Positions 27,671 to 37,300 of a DNA stretch of 64,000 bases are shown piece by piece (position 1 is the stretch's first letter; each line of letters starts with the position of its first letter). The stretch comes from Pseudomonadota bacterium. GTDB lineage: Bacteria; Pseudomonadota; Alphaproteobacteria; Sphingomonadales; Sphingomonadaceae. The position numbers and the translations under genes were made by a program. The notes under the pieces are model-generated. The model saw nothing but the letters and a program-made list of their open reading frames with translations, did no database searches and had not been told where the DNA came from. Location of the stretch: contig JAZKHF010000066.1 in assembly GCA_040385545.1 (NCBI GenBank), forward strand, positions 375 through 64,374, given 5' to 3'.

Positions 27671-28252
27671 GTGGCAAAAGCATATCTGCAGGTCCAGCGC
27701 GAGTTCACGAAGCGCATCGGAGCCTCGACCGTCGTGGGCCACCCGGAGCATCGCGACATTCGCGGCCGTTATCTCGAGGTCGATGACGTCGCCCAGGTCG
27801 ACGCGCTCGTGTCGAGCGGTCATGTCAAACGCATCAGCCGCGCGGCCTATAACAAGGCGACGGAAAGCGACAACCGGCCCGACGCTGGTGAAACCCGCGT
27901 TGCCCAGACGTCGGGCAAGACTCCCAAGGTCAGCGCCACCACGCCGACGGCCGCACTCCACGAGCTCGCCGGGCGGATGCAGATCGACACCGCCGGTCTG
28001 TCACGAACGAAGATGATCTCGGCGATCAACAAAAAGATCGACGATGGCGAACAGGCCGAGGGCGCCGGGGAAGCGAAGACCGCGTTCGAACGACTGGCCG
28101 GCCTCAGCGCCGACTCGACCAGCCACCCGATCACGAGCTCGCCTCAGTCGCCGCCGCCCCTGGACAACCAGGTCGACGAAAAGGGCGAGGTCGGCGCGAT
28201 CGCCGACGCCGCTGACGCCGCTCCGGTGGGCGGTGCCAAGAACGACGAGTGA
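27671..28252 (+). CDS. Hypothetical head-module protein
   Basis: GGAGG RBS, GTG start, follows capsid. Confidence 0.6.
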   Translation: MAKAYLQVQREFTKRIGASTVVGHPEHRDIRGRYLEVDDVAQVDALVSSGHVKRISRAAYNKATESDNRPDAGETRVAQTSGKTPKVSATTPTAALHELAGRMQIDTAGLSRTKMISAINKKIDDGEQAEGAGEAKTAFERLAGLSADSTSHPITSSPQSPPPLDNQVDEKGEVGAIADAADAAPVGGAKNDE

Positions 28253-28599
28253 GCGTCTTCGAAACAATGAAGGACGTTATGGACGCCCAGGTGGATCATC
28301 ACCTGGGCGATTCCATTTCATATAAGCGCGACGGCACGCTGATCGAGCGCTCGGCTGGCGTTCTGACAATCCCGGGCTTCCTGGAATTGCTTGCCGACGA
28401 TGGCGGGATGAGTGGCATTTCGCCGGGACGTTCGCGCTGGCAGTTGAAGGTTCGGAAGTCCTATCTTCCCGGTGGAGTGGCCAAGGCCAGCGACGTCATC
28501 ACCGCGGCGAAGCTCGGCGGGACCAATTACCGGCCGGGCCCTAACAGCATCACCGATGATGGCAGTTACATCATCATGGATCTGCAGAAGGCACCATGA
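28249..28599 (+). CDS. Head-tail joining protein (gpFII-like)
   Basis: Size, beta-rich pattern, synteny. Confidence 0.6.
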   Translation: MSVFETMKDVMDAQVDHHLGDSISYKRDGTLIERSAGVLTIPGFLELLADDGGMSGISPGRSRWQLKVRKSYLPGGVAKASDVITAAKLGGTNYRPGPNSITDDGSYIIMDLQKAP

Positions 28600-29150
28600 C
28601 GCTCCCGCGCATCATCATCCTCGAGGCGTTGAAGCGTCATCTTCGCGCCAACGTGCCGCTGGATCCCGCCGATCCTTCGCGTCAACTGTTCAAGGTGCGT
28701 CACGAACGCTTCCGCGAGAGCACGCTGGAAGAAATGCCGTGCGTGGCGATTCGTTACCTTGGCGACGATTCGCCCGACGTGACGCGCGGCACCGACGATC
28801 CTTCTCGGATGAGCCTGGCCGAGACAGTCATGGAATTGCGTGTCGAGCTCATCGTCGACACCCCGATCGCGGCCGAAAGCGATCGCGACACCGCCGGCGA
28901 TCCCGACGATGGAGACGACGACACCGGCATGGAATTCGCCTCACGCATCGTTGAAATCTGCCTTGGCGCACTGTTCACGGCTGGGCAGGAGACGGAGACG
29001 ATGGGCGGCGTCATCTGGGATGCGCGCTACGACGGCACCGGCGACAACGACGACGTTTCGAGCCCTGATAATGTTCGGTTGGCGGAAAGGCTGACTCTTG
29101 TGTATCGTGCGCGCGCAGAAGCACCGCACCAGCTATTGGTTGGAGAATAA
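28596..29150 (+). CDS. Tail terminator-like protein
   Basis: PRIIILEAL, MPCVAI pattern, synteny. Confidence 0.55.
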   Translation: MTLPRIIILEALKRHLRANVPLDPADPSRQLFKVRHERFRESTLEEMPCVAIRYLGDDSPDVTRGTDDPSRMSLAETVMELRVELIVDTPIAAESDRDTAGDPDDGDDDTGMEFASRIVEICLGALFTAGQETETMGGVIWDARYDGTGDNDDVSSPDNVRLAERLTLVYRARAEAPHQLLVGE

Positions 29151-29151
29151 A

Positions 29152-29625
29152 ATGCCCGACACCGAAGACAAGCGCATCGCCCCGATCGCCCTCCCGGCCA
29201 ACAGCTTCGATCTGCAGGAGCTTGAAAAGAAGCTCGGCGCCGCCGTCAGCGTCAAGGACCACGAGCAGCATCCCGAGCGCGTCGCCAAGGCGATCGCCGA
29301 TTGCGCCGAGAATAAGGAAGTGCTCGCTAACGCGTCGCGTCCCGTCATCCCGCCTGGCGCGGTAGAGGTCGAGCGCGAGATCGTCTACGCCGAAGGCCAG
29401 GAGCCCGTGAAGGGCAAGGCGCTGGCATTCCAGGGTGTCGACGCCGAAAGCGGCACTGAGGCGTCGAAGATGCGCTACGCCGATCGCGACGGTGACATGG
29501 TGGGCACCACGGAGCTTGTAGACGCGGCCGAAGTGACCGGCACCGCGGACGTCACGATCGAAAGTGCGGCGCGCGAAGCGATCGACACGGCCGGCGAGGG
29601 CAAGGCGCCGGCGAAAGACAAGTAA
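29152..29625 (+). CDS. Hypothetical protein
   Basis: GGAG RBS, acidic. Confidence 0.6.
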   Translation: MPDTEDKRIAPIALPANSFDLQELEKKLGAAVSVKDHEQHPERVAKAIADCAENKEVLANASRPVIPPGAVEVEREIVYAEGQEPVKGKALAFQGVDAESGTEASKMRYADRDGDMVGTTELVDAAEVTGTADVTIESAAREAIDTAGEGKAPAKDK

Positions 29626-29675
29626 TTCCGGCCTGGCCGGTTGGTTCAGAGACTTAGAGGAAGGACACGTTCGTC

Positions 29676-30863
29676 ATGTCAGGCCACAAGGAAAGCATCG
29701 TCTCGATGGGCATCACGATCCAGCCGACGCCGGGGACGTTTAACCCGCCCACGTCGTCGGACTTGATCGCGATCTCGGCTCCCGACAACGGATCCGACGC
29801 CATCACCGCCGATGACGATACGCTCAACGGTTCGCTGTGGGGCGTGTCCCGTCAGTTCCTTGGAACGCGTGGCCGCGCTGGCGCGACCGCTCGTCTGCGC
29901 GGTCCCGGCGGTGCCACACCGCCAGCTGCAAACGCTTGGGTGCTGGGCCGCATTCTTCAAGCGGCTGGCTTCACTGAGTTCCGCAACTCCGCTGTCATCA
30001 CCGGCACCGCGGCGGCGAACGCGGCCCTGGACGCGATCGTGCTCGCCGCTGGCTCATCGGCGGTCGATGATTTCTACAAGGGCTTCCCGATCCAGCACGC
30101 CGGCATCGGCGCCGGCATCCGGGCCAACTCGATCATCCGCAAGTATAACGGGACCACCAAGGTCGCGGAATTGAGCGAGACGCTCGGCGCCGCCATCGCC
30201 ACCGGCGTTTACAATATCCCGATCGGGCTCTTCTACACGCTCTCGACCGGGCTCGCGATCCCGCTGCTCAGCTGCTCGATCTGGCGCCATAAGAAGCGCT
30301 ACGATTATCGCGACTGCGCTCTTTCTTCGTTCGCCCTCAATATCCCGGTGTCGAACGACGCACAGACCGACTCGCCCAGCATCGAATTCAGCATGGTTGG
30401 TGTCGATCATGCCGAGGTCGACCAGGACGCGCTGGCGGTGCCCGATTCGGCGCTGCTCCCGCCGCCGCCGGCCAAGGCGGGCAAGTTCGCCTTGAACAAG
30501 ACGCTGATCGGCCACCAGAGCTTGCGGCTGGAATTCGGGCTCGAGACGGGTGCTCCGCCGAACCAGAATTTTGACGCCGGCCAGGAGAGCTACGAGATCC
30601 TGTCTGGATCGCGCACCGTCACGCTGGATCTCAACCAGCAGTTGGAAAGCGCAATGTCGCTCCGCACGCTGGTCGCGAACCAGACGCAGATTCCAATCGA
30701 GTCGATCTTTGGTCTCGCCGCCGGCAACCGCTTCGCCGTTGGCGTGGCGAACGCTGCGCTCAATCCGCTCAGCCCGTCAGGCCGCAACGGCTTCGTCGGG
30801 ATGCAGGGCGACGCGGTGCCGGTCGACGTCGATCGTTCGATCGCGATCAATCTCATCTACTGA
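29676..30863 (+). CDS. Major tail tube protein
   Basis: LGRILQAAGF motif, upstream of chaperone, followed by terminator. Confidence 0.75.
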   Translation: MSGHKESIVSMGITIQPTPGTFNPPTSSDLIAISAPDNGSDAITADDDTLNGSLWGVSRQFLGTRGRAGATARLRGPGGATPPAANAWVLGRILQAAGFTEFRNSAVITGTAAANAALDAIVLAAGSSAVDDFYKGFPIQHAGIGAGIRANSIIRKYNGTTKVAELSETLGAAIATGVYNIPIGLFYTLSTGLAIPLLSCSIWRHKKRYDYRDCALSSFALNIPVSNDAQTDSPSIEFSMVGVDHAEVDQDALAVPDSALLPPPPAKAGKFALNKTLIGHQSLRLEFGLETGAPPNQNFDAGQESYEILSGSRTVTLDLNQQLESAMSLRTLVANQTQIPIESIFGLAAGNRFAVGVANAALNPLSPSGRNGFVGMQGDAVPVDVDRSIAINLIY

Positions 30864-30884
30864 TCCCCGCCCGAGGGGCCTACG

Positions 30885-30921
30885 GGAAGGGTCATCGCTT
30901 CGGCGGTGGCCCTTTTCTTTT
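30885..30921 (+). terminator. Intrinsic terminator
   Basis: GAAGGGTCATCGC TTCG GCGGTGGCCCTTT then T-rich tract. Confidence 0.8.
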
Positions 30922-30966
30922 GCGCGTCGTTCGTGCACGTCTGGCGCGTCACAAGGAGTCAAGCAG

Positions 30967-31845
30967 ATGGCAATTCCCCTAACCGCGCGCGAACCATTGG
31001 TCTTCAAGCCCGAAGGCAAGGAAAAGATCGAGATCCTGGTCCGCGTTCCCACGATGATCGAACGCGATCGCTATTCGTCGGCGATGGTCCGCGCGGGCAT
31101 TACCTTCCACACCAAGAACCAGATCCGCGACATGACGCTGGCCGGCATCCAGGCGATCTACCCGGCCGAAGAGCAGGAGTGGCGCGAAGCCTTGATGCAA
31201 GAGCTTTGGCAATATGGCGACGCCCAGCAGGAAATGGTCGCGGAACAGGGCCGGATATTGCTCGAGCTTCACGACAAGGCGAAAGCGGCGGGGAAGGTGC
31301 CGAAACCGAACGAGGTCCAGAAGGCGCTCGACGCCGTCACTCCTTCGGTGATGATGAACAAGCTCGACGTCCAGCGTGCGAACGCGATGGTGCACGAGCT
31401 CAGCACTCAGTTCGGAATCCTGAGGGAAGCGATGGCGTCGCTGGCCGAGCACGATAGCCGCCGCGCCTACATGAACGTCCAGGCTTACGTGATCGGCTGG
31501 ACGGGGACGGAGCATCAGCCGGACGTGCCGGCCGAATTGGGGTTGAAGCAGCACGAAATGGACTATCTGCGCCTCGAGATCGGCGAGGACGCGTGGGAAG
31601 AGCTCAGCGACTTCATCACGTCTCAGATGGTCATCAATGAGGACGAGGAAAAAAACTCGGACTCGCTGCCCGAGAATTCCGGCGACCAGATTGGTTCGAA
31701 AACGTCGGAACCATCGTCGGCGAGCAGCGATATTGGGACTTCGACGGACAGCGATTCTATACCGATCCCCGCAAAAGGATCACGGAGAACGACCGCATCA
31801 TCGTCCGGCTCTACGAAGAGCTCAGGAACGAAGAAGGCCGGGTAA
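30967..31845 (+). CDS. Tail assembly chaperone (gpG-like, zero frame)
   Basis: AAGGAG RBS; slippery A AAA AAC at 31650-31656. Confidence 0.75.
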   Translation: MAIPLTAREPLVFKPEGKEKIEILVRVPTMIERDRYSSAMVRAGITFHTKNQIRDMTLAGIQAIYPAEEQEWREALMQELWQYGDAQQEMVAEQGRILLELHDKAKAAGKVPKPNEVQKALDAVTPSVMMNKLDVQRANAMVHELSTQFGILREAMASLAEHDSRRAYMNVQAYVIGWTGTEHQPDVPAELGLKQHEMDYLRLEIGEDAWEELSDFITSQMVINEDEEKNSDSLPENSGDQIGSKTSEPSSASSDIGTSTDSDSIPIPAKGSRRTTASSSGSTKSSGTKKAG

Positions 31846-31943
31846 AGCCGCCATATCCTGACGGCCGGGCTCTTCTCGACCAGCCGGTGAAACTGCTTCG
31901 CGCCTTCCGGATCCTGGAATACTATGCGCGCGAGGACAGCTGA
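31650..31943 (+). CDS. -1 frameshift extension of chaperone (gpGT-like)
   Basis: -1 frame open from slippery site: KLGLAAREF...GRALLDQPVKLLRAFRILEYYAREDS*; stop overlaps next ATG. Confidence 0.8.
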   Translation, partial: KKLGLAAREFRRPDWFENVGTIVGEQRYWDFDGQRFYTDPRKRITENDRIIVRLYEELRNEEGRVKPPYPDGRALLDQPVKLLRAFRILEYYAREDS

Positions 31944-32635
31944 TGCGCGTGAAGTTTCGAACAAAGCTGCAAGGGCAGGGGATGGCCAAGGTGGTCATCC
32001 CACACTTGCGCCGCGCCAGCCACGAGGCAACCGATCGCGCCATCCAGGATGCCAAGACCCGCACGCGCACCACGATCCGCGGCGTGGGGCTTGGGCGGCT
32101 GGACAATGCCATCGGGGCGACGAGCAGTTTGAAGAAGCGCCGGACGAACGGCCGCGCATGGGGCGCGATCTTCGCGCGCGGCGGGATCTACAGTCGCGCG
32201 AACCAGGCCCTCATGTCCTACACCGAAGGCGCGACGATCTTGCCGACGGGCGGACGCAAGTGGCTGGCCTATCCGACGAAAGCAGCTGGGCGCTTGACGC
32301 GCTTGCCCATCCCTCGAGTCGGCGGGCGCGGCTACGCCAACTTCAAGAACCAGCCGAGCCGCGGTCGCAATCGATTGAAGTTCGTTCGCTTCTCCGTCAA
32401 CCGGGCTGCTCTGGTCCTCGAGAACGCCACGGTGAGCAATAAGACCGGCCGGGCAAAGCCGATGGGAAAGCGCCTGGGGCGCGGCGCGCGGCGCGAGAAG
32501 TTCGTCATCATGTTCTGGCTCATCAAGTTCACCCGCCGCGCCGCGCGCTTCAACCAGCACGCGATCGTGGCCGACGCGGGCGCGAGGATTGGCGTCTACG
32601 TCGAGGAATTTCAGCGGCGCAATCCGGTTGCCTGA
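31943..32635 (+). CDS. Basic neck/tail-completion-like protein
   Basis: Arg/Lys-rich; EGATILP...KWLAYP motif. Confidence 0.6.
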   Translation: MRVKFRTKLQGQGMAKVVIPHLRRASHEATDRAIQDAKTRTRTTIRGVGLGRLDNAIGATSSLKKRRTNGRAWGAIFARGGIYSRANQALMSYTEGATILPTGGRKWLAYPTKAAGRLTRLPIPRVGGRGYANFKNQPSRGRNRLKFVRFSVNRAALVLENATVSNKTGRAKPMGKRLGRGARREKFVIMFWLIKFTRRAARFNQHAIVADAGARIGVYVEEFQRRNPVA

Positions 32636-32654
32636 CGCATATTCGCGGCCGAAT

Positions 32655-32683
32655 TTGCATATCTGCGCGACGTGGTGCATATT
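32655..32683 (+). promoter_or_regulatory. Sigma70-type promoter for SEC-C/tRNA unit
   Basis: TTGCAT-N17-CATATT. Confidence 0.55.
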
Positions 32684-32759
32684 TTCGGGGCGCCAGCGGA
32701 GGCTGAGAATTCCGCCCGCCAGGTTTGGGCCTGGGTCACAACATCGATAGGAGTGATCT

Positions 32760-32978
32760 ATGGCTTGCCTGAGCTATCCAACCGGCAATGGTGTCGCGAG
32801 AGAATTCTTCGTCTCGTCCACCATGCTCGAAAACCACCAGAAGATGGACGCCCGAGTCGCCGAGCTCTCCGCCCAGGGTGTGCCGACGTTCCGGCGCGAG
32901 AAGATCGGAGGCAACGCGACGTGCCCGTGCGGCTCCCTGCTCAAGTTCAAGAAGTGCTGCATCGGCAAGGCCCGTTGA
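32760..32978 (+). CDS. Small SEC-C motif protein
   Basis: KIGGNATCPCGSLLKFKKCC; AGGAG RBS. Confidence 0.85.
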   Translation: MACLSYPTGNGVAREFFVSSTMLENHQKMDARVAELSAQGVPTFRREKIGGNATCPCGSLLKFKKCCIGKAR

Positions 32979-33015
32979 CGAGCAGCTGATCGCCGGACAT
33001 ATTCGGCGGCGATGA

Positions 33016-33092
33016 TGCGGGATGGAGCAGCCTGGTAGCTCGCGTGGCTCATAACCACGAGGTCGGGGGTTCGAATCCCCCTCCCGCCACCA
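33016..33092 (+). tRNA. tRNA-Met(CAT), initiator type
   Basis: Full cloverleaf with encoded CCA; U1xC72 mismatch, A11-U24, G2-C71/C3-G70. Confidence 0.93.
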
Positions 33093-33112
33093 TCGTCTGG
33101 AAGGAGAAGACC

Positions 33113-33385
33113 ATGCGCGTTAACAGATTTTTCGTCTTCGCTGCGCTGAGCACCGCGATCGCATCAGCTGGCGCGGCGCTCGAACGAATGGGCCAACGGA
33201 TCTCGGAAGCGATCTGGTCGGCCGTTGCGTTCGCGATTCGCACCGTGGCCTATGCGCCGCGCTTCTCCTTGGCCGGCGAGGGCTTTGGTGGCCACATGGT
33301 CCCCAGATCCTACGTCAGCCCGCCCGACACGCTGCTTCGGCATGAAGCCCGCGTGAAGAAGCGAGCGGCTGACCGCCACATTTGA
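33113..33385 (+). CDS. Hypothetical protein with hydrophobic N-terminus
   Basis: AAGGAGAAG RBS before MRVNRFF. Confidence 0.6.
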   Translation: MRVNRFFVFAALSTAIASAGAALERMGQRISEAIWSAVAFAIRTVAYAPRFSLAGEGFGGHMVPRSYVSPPDTLLRHEARVKKRAADRHI

Positions 33386-33743
33386 TAGTCTCTCCGCTCG
33401 GCAGTGTCTCAGTTTGAAATCGTCAGCCTGAGTTCATCGCTCCGAACGTAAACAGAACAAACCGAGCCGGGATGCGCCGATTCGCCGCTTGCCATGCGGA
33501 CATTGATTCGCAGTTGACAAAAGTTTCGGACCGGGTAAGGGGCCGAGGCCCATAGTTGTTTCGGCATCGAAGTCAACCGAAAAGCGCTCGTCTCGTCGCA
33601 AATTGATACTCGTCTCGTCGCATTTCTTATTGCCGAACACTAGGCGTCATCACTATGTACTAGATAATCGGTAGGTTGAACAAAGGCAGAACGGGACATT
33701 TCCGATTTGTCAATTGTTTAACGCGAGAATGAGGTTCGTACAA

Positions 33744-33953
33744 ATGCCCAAGGGTCCGCAAGGACAGAAACGCCCGGCAGACGCCATCGGATGTGCGGTT
33801 TTGGTTGGTCGGATTGCCGTGGGCGACTTTGAAGATATCTCCCCTAAGCCAAAAGGTGCGGCGGGAGGAAGGGCGAGAGCAAAGGTTCTCTCGCCTGATA
33901 AACGGAGCAAGATTGCAAGGACGGCCGCAGAGGCTAGATGGAGCGTGTTATGA
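33744..33953 (+). CDS. Small basic protein (MPKGPQGQKRPAD type) within the element
   Basis: GGRARAKVLSPDKRSKIARTAAEARW motif. Confidence 0.75.
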   Translation: MPKGPQGQKRPADAIGCAVLVGRIAVGDFEDISPKPKGAAGGRARAKVLSPDKRSKIARTAAEARWSVL

Positions 33954-34144
33954 CACAGAATATCGATCGCGCTGTGCGTGACCTATTCGAAGGGGGTCGC
34001 AGCACACGCAACATCAAGTATTATTTCCAGCAGGGCGAAAACACTGCTGACCAATTGGCGGACTATCGTTCGCGCGCCATCGCGCAGATTCAGGAGACCG
34101 TCTCCAAGGAGAATCTCGAACTGGATTCTGTCATTCTTGATTAA
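33950..34144 (+). CDS. Small passenger protein within the element
   Basis: ATGA coupling, GGAG RBS. Confidence 0.6.
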   Translation: MTQNIDRAVRDLFEGGRSTRNIKYYFQQGENTADQLADYRSRAIAQIQETVSKENLELDSVILD

Positions 34145-34272
34145 CTAATCCATGGGGGTAATAAGCCCCTCCAGCTCCGAAAGCGCGTGGTCCCTACAAG
34201 CCCCGCAATTCAAAGTGAGACACTACCCTCCGCTCATCGAGCGGGCCACGTTAGAGGGCGGGGGGACAGATT

Positions 34273-34307
34273 AAGCGCCGGCGCGGGAAACCACGCCGGC
34301 GCTTTTG
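34273..34307 (+). terminator. Intrinsic terminator
   Basis: AAGCGCCGGCG...CGCCGGCGCTT then TT. Confidence 0.7.
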
Positions 34308-34348
34308 CGTCTGTTCGTCCGTCCGTGTAGAAGCACTCACGCTCTGGG

Positions 34349-37300
34349 TTGGAGATCAAGGTGCGCGCTAACCGCTACGTCAGCTATCTCGCCGCCGAGA
34401 TCGAGCCCAAGGCGATCAGCACCCTCAACGAATTCGAGCGCCAAGCCTCAAAGGTGATGGAGAAGATCGGGGCGGCGCAGCAGCGTGGCACCGCGGGCTT
34501 CGCCAACGCGGCGCTTGGCACGGCGCCGATCCGCAACGTCCGCCAGTTGGGCGTCGCTGCCGACGAGGCAACGCGGAAGATCGATCGCGCGACGACGGCT
34601 CAGCTTCGCAACGCCAGCGCGTCGTCGGCTATGGGCACAGGCTTCCAGCGCGCCGCTCAGGCCCTCAACGTCGTCCAGGGTCCGCTAGGCCCGCTGGCCG
34701 GCCGTCTAAGCGCTCTCAGCGAAGTCATGCGAAACCTGACGGGTCTGTCCCTGGGCTCAGTGCTCGGCGGCGGCAGCGCGTTCGCTCTGGGCTCGATCGC
34801 TTCGCAATACCAAGGCGTGACCGATCGGCTCCGCCCGATGTTCGAGAGCCAGCGCGAATTTAACAAGGCCATGAACGACGTCGTCGGCATCGCTCAGCGC
34901 ACCCGGCAGTCGCTCACCCCGGTCGTCGACATTTACGCGTCTCTGACGCGCACCGGCAAGGACGCTGGCTTGTCTCAGGACCGCATCGGCCGGCTGGCGG
35001 AGACGGTGAGCAAGGCCGCACAGATCGGCGGCGGCACTCAGCAGGGCAAGGAAGCGGCCCTGGTCCAGTTCGGCCAGGCGCTCAGCGGTGATTTCAAGAC
35101 GGCCGGGCAGGAAATCCAGTCGATCCTCGAGCAGACTCCGGCGCTCGCCCAGGCGCTCTTTGACGGTCTCGGCATCAAGGGCGTCGGCGCGTTCAAGAAG
35201 TTGGCCAGAGAAGGCGAGTTGTCGAGCGAGCTCATCGTTCAGGCGCTTGAACGCTCAGCCACGGCGGTCGATGTGCAATTCAGCCGCATCCCGAAGCGAA
35301 TCGGCACGTCGCTCACAGAGCTCACCACGCAGTTCACGCTCTTCGTCGGACGAACGGACGAAACTGTTGGCGCGACCACCCTCATTGCGGTGGCACTGAG
35401 CGGTCTTGCGAACAATCTTGACTTGGTGGCGATCGCGGTCGCGACGGCTGGCGCGGCGTTTGCGGCGTCCTCCTTCGCGGCTGGCGCCAATGCGCTCGTA
35501 AACTACGGCAAGGCCGCGCTCACCGCCGTCGCGGCGTCCAATCAACTGCGCGCGAGCGTGGCAGCGGGGAACGCGGTGGTAATCGGCTCAGCTGAAGCCA
35601 ACCGCCAGCGCGCCGACTATATCCAGCAGGGCGCCCGCGCTGAGGAATCAGCAGCGCGCATAGCCAGTCAGTCGGCCGCTCAGCACAAGGTCGCGATCCA
35701 GAGCCAGATTAGCCTTCTGGACAAGCAGATCGCCGCGCAGCGCCGCGTGCATGAGAGCGCGCGGCTAGTCGATGCGGCGTCGCGCGCCAGCGGTGGCGGC
35801 GGGCGGCCGGACCTGGTCAAAGCGGCCACGGAAGATCTCAACCGTTCGCTGCGCGCCCGGATCCTGACGGAGCAGCAGCTTGTCGCCGTCGACGCTGAGC
35901 TCGCCGCCGCCGATGCCCGCCTGATCGCCGCGACGAACGGTCTCAACGCGGCCAACATTGCCAGCGTGGCGGCGAATGACGCGGCGGCGGCGGCGACGGG
36001 ACGGCTGGCACGCGCGAAGGTCGTCTTGCAGGGTGCGATGACCAAGGTGGGAGCGGCGGCGTCCAGCCTCGTCGGCTTCCTGGGCGGCCCGTGGGGAGTT
36101 GCGTTCACCCTCGCGGCGGCGGCCGTGGCTTACCTCGCGACGCGCACCAACTATGCGGCGGAAGCCGCCAGGGCATTCGAAGGAGACCAGGAAGGACTGG
36201 CCCGGCAACTCGGCTTCACGACCGGCGAGCTCTACAAGCAGGGTGATGCCGCTCGTTCGCTCGCCGTCGACCTTGCGAAGATCAACCTTCTGAAAGCGAA
36301 GCAAAAGCGGGACGACATTGCCGACAGCGCGTCGGCTGAGCTCTACAAAAAGGGCGTAACGACCACGACAAGCCTCGCGGACACGGTGAAGATCAACCAA
36401 CTTGGCCGCGTCATCCAGCGCACCGGCGGGCTCAGTGACCGCGGCTACTCAGAGCTCAGCGCGCTCATCAAGAAATATCCGAGTCTCAAGGAAGACCCTG
36501 AGTTCCAACAGACGATTATTGGTCTACGCGTCGGCGCCGCACAATTTCGAGACGCCATCGCGGACGCGAACAAGACCGTGGGAGAGCTCGCGAAGCCGCG
36601 CGCCGCGCTGGCGCCGCTGGTTGGCGGTGGCGGCGGCGGAAAGCCAGAGACCGCGGCTGAACGCCGCGCGCGCCTCAATCGCGAAGCCGCTGTTGACGGC
36701 GCGTCCGGCGAGCTAGCCCGTGCGCGCGCCGAGCTTTCCAAGGCCAAGGCTGAGGGCCCGGGCAAGGACGAGACTGACGCCGCCTATGTAGATCGCATTG
36801 CCGCCATGACGCGCGGCGTGAAGGCGCTGGCCGATGCCGAGAAGGGCGGGACCGCGGCGCGTAACAGCGGAACGGCCGCGCTGGCGAGGATGAACCGCGA
36901 GATCGAGAGCGCGAGCGACAAGCGCGATCGCTTGCTCGGCATCATGGACCGTTACACCGAAGACACTCCGATCAAGCGACTCGAGAAGATCCGTGACGAG
37001 GCCGAGAAGGCGAAGCGCGCGATCGACGATCTCATTGGCGAGAAGGTCGAAGGCTACAAGGGCGCGTTCACGGCCGACGATGCCGCCGCGGCCAAGGCGC
37101 GGATCGACGAGGGCGTGGCCCGCATGGGCGAACAGCCGCTCACCGATGCGCTCGAGCAAGGCCGCGAGCAGCTCAAAATTCTAGGGCTCCAAGCGCGCGG
37201 CCAGGGCAATCTGGCGGAGCTCACTCAGAAGCGGATCGATCTTGAAAAAACCATGAAGCCGCTGAGCGAGGATCAGATCGACGATCTTCGTTCGCAGCAA

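Larger units (their letters stand above)
33400..34227. mobile_element. Non-autonomous IS-like element (828 bp) with 21-bp TIRs and 8-bp TSD
   Basis: Left GGCAGTGTCTCAGTTTGAAAT, right (rc) GGTAGTGTCTCACTTTGAATT; CTCCGCTC at 33392-33399 and 34228-34235; AT-richer interior. Confidence 0.88.

Noticed and set aside
32922-32930. TGCCCGTGC copies inside coding regions (also about 56907)
   Set aside because: Not next to start codons; the first is explained by Cys-Pro-Cys codons; treated as background
33016-33092. tRNA as an attachment site or prophage boundary
   Set aside because: Phage tail genes continue on both sides; no duplicated tRNA 3' end or integrase found
33044-33112. ORF-track N-terminal extension of the 33113 gene
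   Set aside because: Overlaps the tRNA; the better start with an RBS is ATG 33113
33434-33640. 68-aa minus-strand ORF as a transposase remnant
   Set aside because: No recognisable DDE or HTH motif; coding status unsupported
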